This document shows, piece after piece, positions 12,112 through 23,878 of a stretch of 64,000 nucleotides of DNA. Source of the DNA: Patellaria atrata CBS 101060 (taxonomy: Eukaryota); NCBI GenBank assembly GCA_010093705.1, contig MU006089.1:1304455-1368454 (forward strand), read 5' to 3'. The stretch's first letter is position 1. The number at the start of each line of letters is the position of its first letter. The position numbers were made by a program, and so were the translations under genes. The notes under the pieces are model-generated. The model made no database searches. It was not told where the DNA came from and saw only the letters and a list, made by a program, of their open reading frames with translations.

Positions 12112-13029
12112 CTATTTTGTCGATTTGACATTTCCCGTCTTCGGGTTGACCCACTTTGTGTTGACCGGTTGTTTACGTGCTTGTGACGGGAGTGTGGTTG
12201 TCCCCGGATATGCGTTTTCTCCGTTTTCTTTACCCTTCCCGGCTGTCGATCCAGCATATGGTTTGGAGTTTTTAGTTGAGGAAATACCTTGATTCATTTT
12301 TGAGGTTGGAGGTTTGTTATCGGAAGATATGCTTGAGTATGGCTTTGCTTGCCCGGCAGAGGGCTTGGACGCGTTCGAGGGGACTGATGTCTTCGAAGCT
12401 CCGGAACTGCCGGGGTATGGCTTCTGTTGCGAGGATGTGGTTTTCGGGGTAATGGATGTACCAGCATATGGCTTAGACTGTGCACCAGTTGTCTTTCCCA
12501 CTGCTTGCTTCTCCCCGCTCTTCCCAGGAGTGTCCTTCACCGGAGGGACGTACGGCAATACCTTCGCAGTCGTGGAGGCGGCCTTTACCGCACCTGTCTT
12601 CTGGCCTAACGGCTTGATGGGTCCGGGTGTGGTCTTATTTCCCGCAGTAATGAACTTCTGGTTGGGATATGATAGGGATCGCTGAGGTGAGTTGCTCTTT
12701 ACAACTGCACTCGCCCTTGAGGTGGAAGGACCGGGGAGTTGTTTCGTTACTTGACCACTGGGAGTGATATAACTGTCGCCGACTTTGGTAATACGACGTC
12801 CCCAACCATCAACGACGGTCGTGATGTCTATAAGGATAACAGAGATTAGTATGAGACAGCCAAATACAGCAGAACTTCGAGACCCACTGTTTCCTATTCC
12901 CTGACCCGTGCTGGATATCAAATCGCCCGCCCCGATAACCAAATCTCCGGCAAAGCTCCCTGCTGCAGCCGTTGCAGACTGAACGACATTGTCAACGGTC
13001 GGTTGGATGAGGTTCCCGATAAAATTCAT
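12112..13029 (-). CDS. Hypothetical low-complexity protein with repeated KPY motifs; probably one short intron (~12885..12828)
   Basis: 305-aa ORF; the intron-like segment has a CTAAT branch and ends in TAG. Confidence 0.7.
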   Translation of the reverse strand: MNFIGNLIQPTVDNVVQSATAAAGSFAGDLVIGAGDLISSTGQGIGNSGSRSSAVFGCLILISVILIDITTVVDGWGRRITKVGDSYITPSGQVTKQLPGPSTSRASAVVKSNSPQRSLSYPNQKFITAGNKTTPGPIKPLGQKTGAVKAASTTAKVLPYVPPVKDTPGKSGEKQAVGKTTGAQSKPYAGTSITPKTTSSQQKPYPGSSGASKTSVPSNASKPSAGQAKPYSSISSDNKPPTSKMNQGISSTKNSKPYAGSTAGKGKENGENAYPGTTTLPSQARKQPVNTKWVNPKTGNVKSTK

Positions 13030-13667
13030 GTTTGTGAGGAGTTCTGGAAAATGAATGGGAAATCAAGATCTCTAGAATACAACTACTTGTGTAGAGACAA
13101 GGCTATTTTCATGGTGAGAGCCTAGAAGCTCTGTACATCAGGTTTTACATCATTTGTCTGCGGTAAAAGTTGCACGAAAGGTGCGGTTGGAGGTCATCGT
13201 TGTGCTGGGACGGGATTAAACCTGGCAACGTCTTTGCGCCACATGATCGACGCAAGGACGACTTTACAGGTAGTTCTATCTAAGGTAATCGTGCTAATCA
13301 CGAATAGGGTTTAACAATCATTTCTGTTTATTGAAAAATGGCGATATACAAGTCGACGGTACTTATGGCCAGTACCGGAGTGGAGAAAAAGGTTTAGATT
13401 ACATCTCATTCGTCCGAATCACCAGTTGGAATACATTGGGTAGAACTAATCAATCACGTTCCGCATCTGATCTTGAAATAAATAGGGTCTAGGAGAATAA
13501 TGCAGTATATAACTCCGCAATGTCAGGGTATTGCAGAAGATATACAACCAGAAGTATTGAAAAGACTAATTCCCATCATTTTCCCAATACTCATCTACTG
13601 CTAGACGTCACTTTAATAAACGTATACGACAACTGAACATCCCTTTGCTGACCACTATTGTACTGGA

Positions 13668-16196
13668 CTACCGCCTCTCTAACTTCCTTGGCCCGTTGGA
13701 TGATATAGATATCGCCGTCCCCTTATCGCCCTGCCCTAACTTTGCGGGTGGCTTTCTGTTCTGCTCAAGTTTCACAGGCGCTTTAGGAACACCATTCTGC
13801 TGAAGCTTGGTCGGAGTATCTCTGCTTCCACTACCACTCTGTGCTGGTTTCGCTGGGACTCTTTCCCCGTTAGTCTGGCCCAGCTTGGCGGGCGCTTTAG
13901 CAGGTGGTTGATTCAGCTTTGTTGCTTTGGATTTAGGCTTTCCTTCGCTAGTGCTAGGGTTAATCTTCTGTGTTGCTGTATTCTGTGACGCTAATTTGAG
14001 TGGAGTGGTTGTAGATTTAGGAGTGTTCTTGTGTGAAGAGGCACTTCTGTTGTGCGTTAACTTGTTCGGCGCTGCTTTCGGGCTTTCCGTTCTCTTTTGG
14101 GCTTGTGATGGTATTGATTTAGCAGTAGAAGATGCACTAGTTTGTTGTATGGTAGGAGAAAGTTTGGATGGTGTCATTGCTTGCCGTTTAGAAGCGGATG
14201 CGTTTTTATTAAGGGATTTCGAAATTGTGGTCGCAGTGGTATTCGACGAAGGTGCTTTTGTAGAGAGAGCCCCTCGAGCCGCTAAAGGACTTTTTGAACC
14301 AACAGGTGAATGTTTCCTCTGTGTAGACGGTGATTTCAGAGTTGGCACACTCTGCACAGACATAGCTCTGAACTTCGGACACGGTGGAGTGATCTTAGGT
14401 TGTATGGGTAAAGATGCCACAGAGGGTGCCCTTTTGACACTGCTTGTTCTATTGGACGCCCCTTTGGTAACAGTAGGACCTTTCGCCAATGCTGGTTGCT
14501 GTTGACTACTAGGAGTATGCCTCGAGGCAGCTTTCGAGGTCTTGGGGGTGTCGGAGATCACAATAGGAACACCACTTCCAGCCACTCTCTTTACTTCCAT
14601 GGATGGCTTCATGTCTGTCCCCTTAGGCATCTCATCAACTTTTCCCTCTTTTGCAGCTATTGCAGCCGCACGTTTCTTTGCATCAATAATCAACTCCTCC
14701 TTTTTCTTTTCCGGAATAGGTGCATTTGTTTCAGCTGATCCCCTGACTAGCTCTGGCTGCTCTGCTTGCGCCGTGGATCCGGTTGGATCGAACAACATAC
14801 CCTTCGATGCGCCATAAAAAAAGAATAGAACAATTACGAAACAAGATAGGGGCGCGAAGATGGAGAGAAACTCTTCCCATGAGCGTGACTTGACTTGAGT
14901 TTCGATATATTTAGCCATTCTAATCTTTCCAGGCGCACCGTTTCCGTTCCCATTCATGTCCTCTTTGAGGCTCAATGGCTCTTCTGAGGGAAAGCGGCCT
15001 GTATGAGTAAAGATTTCCAGTAAGTGATCCTTTTCCCGCCAACGGTTACGTAGCCAAACCTCGAAGGCTTTAGGATTATCTAAGGGTATAGAAGAGATAG
15101 AAAATCGTCGCCAGTGCATGTTAACAGATTTTGGAGGGCGGCCTTCAAAGAAGGAGGAGCGTAAGGTGAAGATGTCCTGACCGAATTTACCCGGACTGTG
15201 ACAGCGAACACAGGTCAGCAAGGTTGAAGCAAGATACAAGATTTGAGGAGAAGAACGTACGGAACACCTTCATACGCAATGGTGCAGTCGTATAACCATT
15301 CCGTGCTTTGCCTAAGTTCCTGCAAGCAGAATTGTAGACCTGTACTCCGTGGGAGGAGTTGATGCTTCATGTCCTCTAGGCCATTTTCGTCCGCCCACTT
15401 TTTGCTTGCTGCTCTTGTTCCTGCCGCTAAGTTCGTGCCTTCCGGGAATATAAGCAACCACATAGGGTCTTTGGGGTTGCTAAGCTTTGCGAGATGCCGT
15501 TGGAAGGTGGATTTGTCGTTCTTCCACTTTCGAGAGAGGAAAATAAAGTTATATGCTTGAGCACCCCATCCGACGAAAGGAATCTTACGCAAAGATTCTT
15601 TCAGAATGATATAGATACGCCCATGCATGGAGTTGGTGTATGCTATCCACCAAAGATACAACCAGTCGGTATACAATTGATGGTTCGCCATCAGTACCAG
15701 TCTATTGGGGAAAGCACACCTCAAACTACCATCCTTCTCTTGAATGAGCTGTCCTTTCATGCTCTTATCGCCGCTTACTCTCACCACCGTCGGTGCCCAC
15801 CATTGTGTCATTGTTGTGATGAGTACACCAAATGATTGTTTGGTGAAAGCCACATAGGTGTCGTAGTACTCTTCATTGATGAGTTTGAGGGGAAGGCCCA
15901 TGAACTGGGATGCATTTATTCTGTATGTAGAGGGATTAAGTTAGTGATTGCTCTATCTCAAGCAACATCCTCCGTCATGAAATCAAAACTGCCGCGGGGA
16001 GGCACTACAAGTAGCATCCAGTGAGCCCGAGGACTGCTTACGCTAATATCCCAGACATGAATGTCGATGCGAAGCTGAACGCTCGCTCCGCCTGCGACAT
16101 CTCGCCATGCTTCGGTGGTCCTGAAGGATGGTCATCATCGTCGCCAACGCTCCCACTATTCAGGTTGATTCCCTCTCCAAAGTCCCTCCGGGGCAT
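13668..16196 (-). CDS. Glycerophospholipid acyltransferase (PlsC family, CST26/lysocardiolipin-acyltransferase-like) with long low-complexity C-terminal tail
   Basis: NHQLYTDW and FPEGT motifs, LLPRSTGL, WLRNRWREKD; introns ~16041..15921 and ~15260..15196. Confidence 0.92.
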
Positions 16197-16655
16197 CTTG
16201 TTGTTAATGGAGGTTTCTTTCTGGAATCATACAATGCACAGTCTCGAATCTGCTGTCGCTGGTGATGTTGCTGTACTCATCCTACACCATTAAGAGAGTA
16301 GCAATCCGTAGAACTAACAATATGAGCTGTCTCGTGGTACAAAAGGCACAGAGACATCATAGCCCGTCAATTCTTTCCCCTTTCTCTGTGTGTGAGCGAT
16401 TGAGCGTATGAAGGTGGGTGAAATGCGGGACAGGGACAGGGAGAGATGTAATTGTGGCGCGAACTGCCACAGAAGCCTGTTTTTTAAGCCCATGATGTAA
16501 TACTGTTCTGCTGTCGGATACAAAGAGTACTGTATATACACAAACATCTGCTGTTATCAAAATACGCCATACTAAATATCTCTTCCTACATTTAGGATTA
16601 CTGCATCTCGAGAACGAAATTAAAGTAACTACACAATTCAGGGGTTTCAGCGAAA

Positions 16656-17255
16656 ATGCCCTCCCAGGTTGCCCACAAAGCGCCATCTGCGCCTAACTCC
16701 TCGTATGCCTCTAAAGCTACCTCTGCAGCCTCGACATATACACCTTCTGCATACGAGGTTATGGCGACTAGAATAGCGAATCGTGTGGCTGAGATGGCTG
16801 AAAATATCACATTTGTAGAGCGGCAGTAAGTCAATTATCGTCCAGTCTTTGACCGTTCTTTACTTGACTATGTAGATGGAATACACTTCACCTACCAACC
16901 ATATCATCATGACTCTTTCCTTGTTCGATTCTTTCACTAATACTCCCTCCTTTCCAGACCCTCCACACCTCCACAGTCCGCGCAAATCAACCCAGTAAGC
17001 GGGAAACGTAAGCCGCGCAAACTTGAAGTTCGGCTTCCAGCCTCTCAATCAGACGTCTCATTCTCAGCACCTTTCTTGGACAATACACTTTCTAAGATGT
17101 TGGAACTGCAGAACAAGATGCTGAAGGTGGGCGCGGAATTGGCGAAAGCTGAAGATGTTAGTGATGAGGTTAAGAAGGAGCAATTTGCGCAGAGCGCAGA
17201 ACTGAGTAAGATCATCGCGTTGATTTGTGCAGAGAAGGCGCGACAAGGCGCGTAG
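16656..17255 (+). CDS. Hypothetical spliced gene absent from the ORF track
   Basis: AAAATG 16656 MPSQVAHKAPSAPNSS...ITFVER, then GTAAGT donor; later exon ...MLELQNKMLKVGAELAKAEDVSDEVKKEQF...RQGA*; exon joins uncertain. Confidence 0.45.
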
Positions 17256-18483
17256 ACTGAAACGGTCTTCTTGATTAACGAGGAAGTCGAGGAAGACTTC
17301 TTCGGGAGCGTACTAGGACAGCTGATATCTCAAAACATTTTACGATATACTTTACTATTGTGTATTCCTTTATGTACTACGAAACACCATGGATGAACGA
17401 GACTTTTGGAAGAAATATGATAGTGGTTACTGTATCGTGAAAACTAGATCACTATGAGCGGACCAAGGCCTCCGAATATGATGCATCCACCTGGCTTGCC
17501 TTAAATAGTCTTTCTATCACGACATTGGAACTACGACGGCTCATTCTCTCCTCGACTTCAGATATGGAAGGTATAATCCCAAGGCCCCATCCCCGTCTCT
17601 TTTCTCCCACTACTCTCTAAGCTCGCTGAGATAATCCAAATTAAAGCTTAGGTATGTGATAGTAGTATAAGGTGCGATGGATTTAGTATTGCGGAAAGGG
17701 ACCTATAAATGTCTAAAGTAAGGAGATACGAAATAGCGGGAATGGTTAGTACAATATCAAGGGAGTAAGGGACATTGGTCGGCCCGAGAGGCTTAGCTTA
17801 AGCATGTCTTCTCGTCTACTCGTAGCTAGAACTAGAGGAATTCAACTCACTTTTACCACAGCTCTATGCTCGTTTCTTAACAATCGCGGCCTATATCTAG
17901 AAATATATTGAAACAATTTATCGAACTTACTTATTTTATTTAATTAAAAAATTAATTTTGAATAAATTATTATTAACTTATATGTTACGGCCACAAGTTG
18001 TAAGAACATGCAGATAACGAGTGAGGGGAAGGAAGGAGCACCACTCGGGGGAACTGCGGGTAAAACGAGTGATAGAGAATCACGTGACCAAGACAGTGGT
18101 CGCTGGTCGCGCTGGTCGCGGAGAACGACCAACGACCAAAACGACCAGAGTATAGGCAACCAAATTGACTATGGAGGATAGGAATATTTAAGGACGGTCT
18201 TTCCCTCATGTATTTAGATTCTTCGTAGTTATTCTTACCATCAATCTTACCCATAGATTTGGATGTTACGGTTTTGAACTTGACTTCACTTGTTACACTG
18301 TTTCCATACAGTACGTCTTGTCTCATTGTGAGCATTACCTGAAGTCAAGGAATCAGCAAGTTGTGTCGACAACTTGAAGTGCCTTTGTTATACGAATCCT
18401 ATCACTTTGCCAAACCTACCTCTATGGTTGACCACGTTAAGTGAGAAGCCAGGCGCGTTTCTAGACTTATCCAGTTCTGTCTC

Positions 18484-18860
18484 GATAAGTAAAGATTCCC
18501 GTTATAACATTATAATTCTTTAATATATTATTTAATTTATAAATCATTTAGTTTATTAATTATTTAATTTATTAATTATTAAGTTTATTAATTATTTAAT
18601 CTATTAATTATTTAGCTTATTAACTATTTAATTTATTAATTATTTAGTTTAAAAATTATTTAATTTATTAATTATTTAGTTTATTAATTAATTAATTTAA
18701 CTCTAAAAATTTATGATAAACTATAAATATATATATTTTAGTTACTCTTTTTTTTTCTAGTTTAAATCTCTTATTTTTCTATTAGAAATATCCTAGATAG
18801 ATTTTGATTTAAAATGTCTATTAAGATAGGTCTCTCTAAGGTAACGGAATCTTACTCGTC
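18484..18860. mobile_element. Degenerate AT-rich non-autonomous DNA transposon (MITE-like)
   Basis: Imperfect inverted termini GATAAGTAAAGATTCCCGTTAT (left) vs reverse complement GACGAGTAAGATTCCGTTAC (right); extremely AT-rich interior; no TSD seen. Confidence 0.5.
18520..18695. repeat. 16-bp AT-rich minisatellite, ~10-11 copies (TTTATTAATTATTTA[A/G])
   Basis: Units phased at 18536, 18552, 18568 ... 18680; last base alternates A/G. Confidence 0.9.
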
Positions 18861-18950
18861 CCATACCTTGCACCTTTAAATCATACTACCTTTTACCCTC
18901 TTTTGAATAACTTCAATGCGCGCGTAAATTTTCATACTCATGATATTTAG

Positions 18951-20288
18951 GCTCGGTCCCGCAAGGAAGATCCGCTGGACGCGTACGACCCTTTCGAGTA
19001 TGTCCCTCGACGCGATCCCGCGTTGTTCGTGCACAAGACCTCCCGATTAAGCATCGAATCAAATAAGATTATACATCGCTATGAGGGCAGCAATGGAATC
19101 CCGGTATATGTTATTCGTGTCGCATCTTCATTCAAAGCATCTTTGACGCGGTTGGAAGCGTCCTTGCAGTCGTCACCTACCTTGGAATTACCACTTCCTC
19201 ATTCCAAAGTCCTTGTATCAACTTCGACGTCCAGATCCGCTTCACCAACTCCCTACGCTATACCCGTCGGAGACAAACAAGATGAACTCACGCACGTACC
19301 GCTTAGAAATATTTATCATTATGTAACAAGATCTCATCTAGAGACCTTCGAGCATAACCTCTTTCATCACCCGGAAAAAGACCCACAACAAGGTCTTCTA
19401 CTCGCCTTACAGAACAAACAAACCTTTAATGGACCAACAAACGGCAGGAAACCAAGGGGGAGACCGCGAAAGATTGGACCTACGGCCGGTATTGCTAGCC
19501 AGCTTGACGGCACAGATGGAACGGGAACAAACAGCGGGCAAATGAGTCCTTCTTCTGGACAGGCAGTGCAAGTTGTGATCCAGCCCAAACGGAGAGGCAG
19601 TCCACCGAAATTCAAGCTGTTTGTATCAACTGAGGAATCTCCCTTGGATTCGTCGGACGGGGCGGATGAGCTGAATTTTGCTGGTGGACGTGCAGGCTCT
19701 TCGATCCAACAACGTTTGAATACCGGGATTCCTGCAATTCGGAGTAGCGACACTGCAATAGCTTCCAGCTGTTCTTCTAATCGTAGATCAGAGGTGGCTG
19801 AAATATCATTGTCGGCCTTAGTGAAAGCTCAGTCCAGTCCAAGGACGAGCAAGGGGTCGAGTCCACGAGCTTCCAAAAGATGTAATTGTAGCAATACGCC
19901 TACGTCGAATATGGATCAATTCCAACCGGGAAGAAAACGGCGAAGATCGGGAGATCATTGGCAGACCCAATCCAAGCATATTGCTGGCACCGCTTCCAAA
20001 AAAGACCATCGGGTGAAAGACGATCAGGAATATGAGATTGAGGCTATAATCTCTGATGAATACGCCTCCGGGCAACGTAGCTACCTTGTCAAATGGGTTG
20101 GATGGGATATTGCACACGCCAGCTGGCTTCCGGAGAGTGATCTTCTTGGTGGAGCTGATGAAATTCTGGATGAATACAAAGCCACCAAGCGAGCTGTCTT
20201 GGAGGGTGTGCTTGGCATCAACGAGGAGGGTGTGCGTATCGTCGATAGAAGAATGCAAGATGATGAAAGAAGGGGTTTAGATGGTTGA
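18951..20288 (+). CDS. Chromodomain protein with AT-hook (5' end uncertain)
   Basis: EYEIEAIISDE...YLVKWVGWDIAHASWLPESDL chromodomain with aromatic-cage residues; RKPRGRPRK AT-hook; frame open from a TTTAG at ~18950 with no early in-frame ATG. Confidence 0.85.
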   Translation, partial: ARSRKEDPLDAYDPFEYVPRRDPALFVHKTSRLSIESNKIIHRYEGSNGIPVYVIRVASSFKASLTRLEASLQSSPTLELPLPHSKVLVSTSTSRSASPTPYAIPVGDKQDELTHVPLRNIYHYVTRSHLETFEHNLFHHPEKDPQQGLLLALQNKQTFNGPTNGRKPRGRPRKIGPTAGIASQLDGTDGTGTNSGQMSPSSGQAVQVVIQPKRRGSPPKFKLFVSTEESPLDSSDGADELNFAGGRAGSSIQQRLNTGIPAIRSSDTAIASSCSSNRRSEVAEISLSALVKAQSSPRTSKGSSPRASKRCNCSNTPTSNMDQFQPGRKRRRSGDHWQTQSKHIAGTASKKDHRVKDDQEYEIEAIISDEYASGQRSYLVKWVGWDIAHASWLPESDLLGGADEILDEYKATKRAVLEGVLGINEEGVRIVDRRMQDDERRGLDG

Positions 20289-20989
20289 TAAGTATAAGAG
20301 TATGGATGATAGAGGGGTAGCAGATTCCGATGAGGATTCGAAAATGGTGGATGATAGTGAGGGAGAGGTGTATTCTATTTGAAGATTCATCGATGATAAT
20401 GACTTATGAATGTGATAGCATAAAAACGGGGTATTCATTCCTCGCTTTGCGCAAAACACCATGTTGCTTTAGGGCCATAGCGATCACTATTGACAGTCTA
20501 CCCTCTAACGCGTCACCATGTTTCTTGCAGCATGACTACCGTTAGAGCCAACCTTCGGTTCCGTATCTCACTTTATCCATAGAGAATCAAATTTAATCGT
20601 GTTCTATCTGCAGTATCGGACGTTAAATGTAAGTACCTGTTAGTGTGAACTATGGCATGCGACGGATATACAGTGTGAAGACATAATGTCGTAGTTACTT
20701 GTGACTACGACTATGACTTGCCACTCCAGTTATGTTATTTCAGCATGGTGCCCCCAAATGCTTCATTTTCATTGTTTTCGGTAGTATGTAGTACACTATC
20801 AAAATGAACTTCCTTAAACTCAAGTCGCTTGTTCCTCCACATTTTGAACCACCATTCCTCCAATAAACACTATTACCATAGCAACAGCATCAACGGCGAA
20901 TAAACTTGAAATCGTATGTCACTCGTGAAGGTATGACCCAATAAACTTGCGCGCTCCTAAACCACTATCAGTTTGTTATTAATCCCACA

Positions 20990-21632
20990 ATCATATCCGC
21001 TACCCGCTTCACCTCACCGTTTTCTGTCGTCCTCTACCACCTCATCCCGCCCATTCTTTCGGTAGCGGAGAACAAAGGTGTCTAATCTGTCTCGAGGTTT
21101 ATACCTCTACAAACAACACTACCTCCTCTCCCTCCACAACACCGATCTTGTCCAGTCAATCTCCTTCTGTACCCAGGTCTTCACCGTCTTACGTCAGCGG
21201 CACGGAGCCAACTAGACGGTCCGCTAATTCGCCTGCTGCATAAGCTCTAAGGTGAATCCTGTGTGGTCACCTCATGGGACAACGCTGCACCATGGGCTGG
21301 GCCGGGGAGTCGCATAACGGCGCTTCAGTTCGACTCTGTCCGCCTGGATGGCAGCAGGGAACAGGGAAGCGGAACCAGGAACACATAATCCATTTTCCAC
21401 GGCTGGTGGATCCTCGGATCGCAAACTATGGAGACTGCGGGAAAGTTGGCGGTGTTAGGTTAGGCGGATACGGAGGAATGGGGCGAGCCGGAGCCGCGTG
21501 CTAGACCAGAGTGTATTGCGGAAAAACGACAAGTATACGGCGATGATCGAGCGGATGATGGCGGAGGCAGGGTTTCGCAGGGTGGTGAGTTTGATAAAGG
21601 AAAAATGGAGAACGACGAGGAGGTACAATTGA
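20990..21632 (+). pseudogene. RING-finger pseudogene
   Basis: One frame reads QRCLICLEVY...SPAA*ALR*ILCGHLMGQRCTMGW...LCP; stops at 21241 (TAA) and 21253 (TGA); start codon not found. Confidence 0.65.
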
Positions 21633-21688
21633 GGGGAGTTAAGATCGAGTCCTCTTAGCTAGAAGAAAGGATTGATTTCAGGAGGTGG

Positions 21689-23878
21689 TTATACCAAGCG
21701 AATCAACTTCTTCTCCGGTTTACTAGTCAACCAAGCACTTTCTACAATTTGTCCGATCCCAATTCTTTCACTATAATGCCCACTGGTCCGGATTAGGAGA
21801 ACGTTGAGAATATCGTTGTTTACTGAATGACGAGTATTTGGGTATTTCGATTGTGGATATCTTACCCGCGACAGTAATGCATATCTCAGTTCCGCTGTAC
21901 GGGGTTCACTACATAGAAGCTCTTGTCCGCTGAAAAGCTTACCACAAGGTCTTCCATAAAAGTCGTGCACCAACAGTTCAGATTTTCTGGTCGGATTATC
22001 AGAAACAGAGAATGAAGATGCATAGGTGCATGAGGCGACAAAATACAGTACGCCTGGTTCAGCGGGTATATCAAAAATCTTCCTCTTTTCTGTACGTTCA
22101 GCTAAGAGATCCAAAGCAACGGGTTGGAAGAACTGCATATTTCTATTGATTGCACGAAAACCTTGGCGGGAGTGAACGATGAATGACTCCACTTCCGGTT
22201 GAATAAGCTTCACGGCTGTTTCGGTAAGCTTTAACATACGATTCGTTCGATGTTCAGAAGGAGTTACTATTGGCGACAGCAAAGGATTATACTCCACTTC
22301 ACCAATCCAACCCGCCCAGGACCAGCTAGGGAACTCGGTAACAGTGATACCCCGTCTTAAGTCCTCGTTGGCTCTACTGGGCCTATACATCCTTCGACGA
22401 TCAAAATGGATACTGGAGCATGGAGCCCAAAGAACCACAATGTCGAAGAGTGATTCTGGCAAGCCATAATAGAAAGAGCTACCGCAGCATTGTTCCATAA
22501 TGGATGACAATCCTTCGAATGCGTTTAAAACATCTGATGCGTAAGACAAATTCCTTCGTGTATATGATTCTACAAGTGTTGCGTAGAACTCGAAGCCGAA
22601 GATCCATGAATGGGGTGGTTCACTAATTAAATCCAGCGACTCTTGCGTTGATTCAGAGGGTAATACGTCCATCACATATTTCATTGCAAACGAGATAAAC
22701 TTGGACCATCGGGATGCGTTTCGATCATCTAGGACTCTCAGATTAGATTTCATCAAGCCACCTACTTGTAGAGGTATTAGTGGATTCAGCACGTGGAGGT
22801 CGTGGAATGTTTGGCGCGGGATAGAAGATGATTCATCAATCTCATGCCGAATAGATTTTTGGCACTGGAAGAAGACTTGGAAGTCGGAGAAGAATAAACA
22901 CCTCCTTGAAAGTATTCTCTCCTGCATAGTCCAGCCCCTATCGTCGTAATGTGATACCATGAGGGTATCAAGCAAAGTCGCGCCCCTTGTAATAAGTTGC
23001 ACTCCACGCACGGTTTCCGTGATCTGGGCTGTTCTCGTCCCGCGATGAAACCCTGGTAACCTCGCACTTGCGTCAGAACCGGAGAGCACAGCAATTGTCG
23101 CGAAAGCTTGAGTATAGATCAGTCCCATCTGTGAGATTTGATCGTGCTTTTGTGTATAGTCATCCGAAACGATGCAAAGACTGTCGACCCAAAGCCATCT
23201 CTCGCCCAGAGCCCGTATGAGATCGATTGCGTCGTATATCACTGGTGGGATGAGCGAACCGTAAGAGGAAATCCCACCGTCCTGCATCAACCGGGAAAGG
23301 TTCTCGTTCGTCGCTTGCAGCATCTTAACCCCTCCCCACATGTAGCTGAGAGTAAAGTACCTGCACTTCGAAGACATCGGGACTAATTTTTGACGGACAA
23401 CATCGATTAAGATGAGGTTAACGATGAGTCCTTTTCGTTTGACTTTCGTAAGGATTCGGCAGGTTTCACCATGGTTACTGTCGCATTCAGAGAGCCAATT
23501 CTGTAAGATACGAAGATCCACAAGATCACCAAGGCGCACAGAAGGTAATGATTTTACGTGTGCCTCCTGGAAACGAATCATGCCAAGATAGAAACTTGAC
23601 CCCTCGGTCGAGGCGTATACCAAGAGACCTGGGGGAAGCCGTACAATGTAGCAAGCTTCTGGACTGTATTTTGATGACATCCTATTGACGTCGCGAATTT
23701 CCGACGTCATCCGGTAGGGGAGGAGGCGGTATACAGTCCTACATATGGCGCAATGCTGTCTGCGTATAATATCGGCAGGTCGTCCAAGCTCAGTTCGTCT
23801 ACCGTCCGCGTGGGAAGGGTTTAGAGGTATAAGTTGGCAGATAGAACAAAGATCATCTCTGTTAGAAGTCGCAGCCAT
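21689..23878 (-). CDS. HET-domain (PF06985-type, TOL-like) heterokaryon incompatibility protein
   Basis: YFTLSYMWG, DAIDLIRALGERWLWVDSLCIVSDD, QISQMGLIY, RGWTMQERILSRR, FPSWSWAGW motifs. Confidence 0.95.
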   Translation of the reverse strand: MAATSNRDDLCSICQLIPLNPSHADGRRTELGRPADIIRRQHCAICRTVYRLLPYRMTSEIRDVNRMSSKYSPEACYIVRLPPGLLVYASTEGSSFYLGMIRFQEAHVKSLPSVRLGDLVDLRILQNWLSECDSNHGETCRILTKVKRKGLIVNLILIDVVRQKLVPMSSKCRYFTLSYMWGGVKMLQATNENLSRLMQDGGISSYGSLIPPVIYDAIDLIRALGERWLWVDSLCIVSDDYTQKHDQISQMGLIYTQAFATIAVLSGSDASARLPGFHRGTRTAQITETVRGVQLITRGATLLDTLMVSHYDDRGWTMQERILSRRCLFFSDFQVFFQCQKSIRHEIDESSSIPRQTFHDLHVLNPLIPLQVGGLMKSNLRVLDDRNASRWSKFISFAMKYVMDVLPSESTQESLDLISEPPHSWIFGFEFYATLVESYTRRNLSYASDVLNAFEGLSSIMEQCCGSSFYYGLPESLFDIVVLWAPCSSIHFDRRRMYRPSRANEDLRRGITVTEFPSWSWAGWIGEVEYNPLLSPIVTPSEHRTNRMLKLTETAVKLIQPEVESFIVHSRQGFRAINRNMQFFQPVALDLLAERTEKRKIFDIPAEPGVLYFVASCTYASSFSVSDNPTRKSELLVHDFYGRPCGKLFSGQELLCSEPRTAELRYALLSRVRYPQSKYPNTRHSVNNDILNVLLIRTSGHYSERIGIGQIVESAWLTSKPEKKLIRLV

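Noticed and set aside
13927..14817. Antisense ORFs inside the acyltransferase and other genes
   Set aside because: Shadows of real opposite-strand coding sequence; no independent evidence.
18520..18695. CRISPR-like array
   Set aside because: Head-to-tail units with no spacers, in a eukaryotic context.
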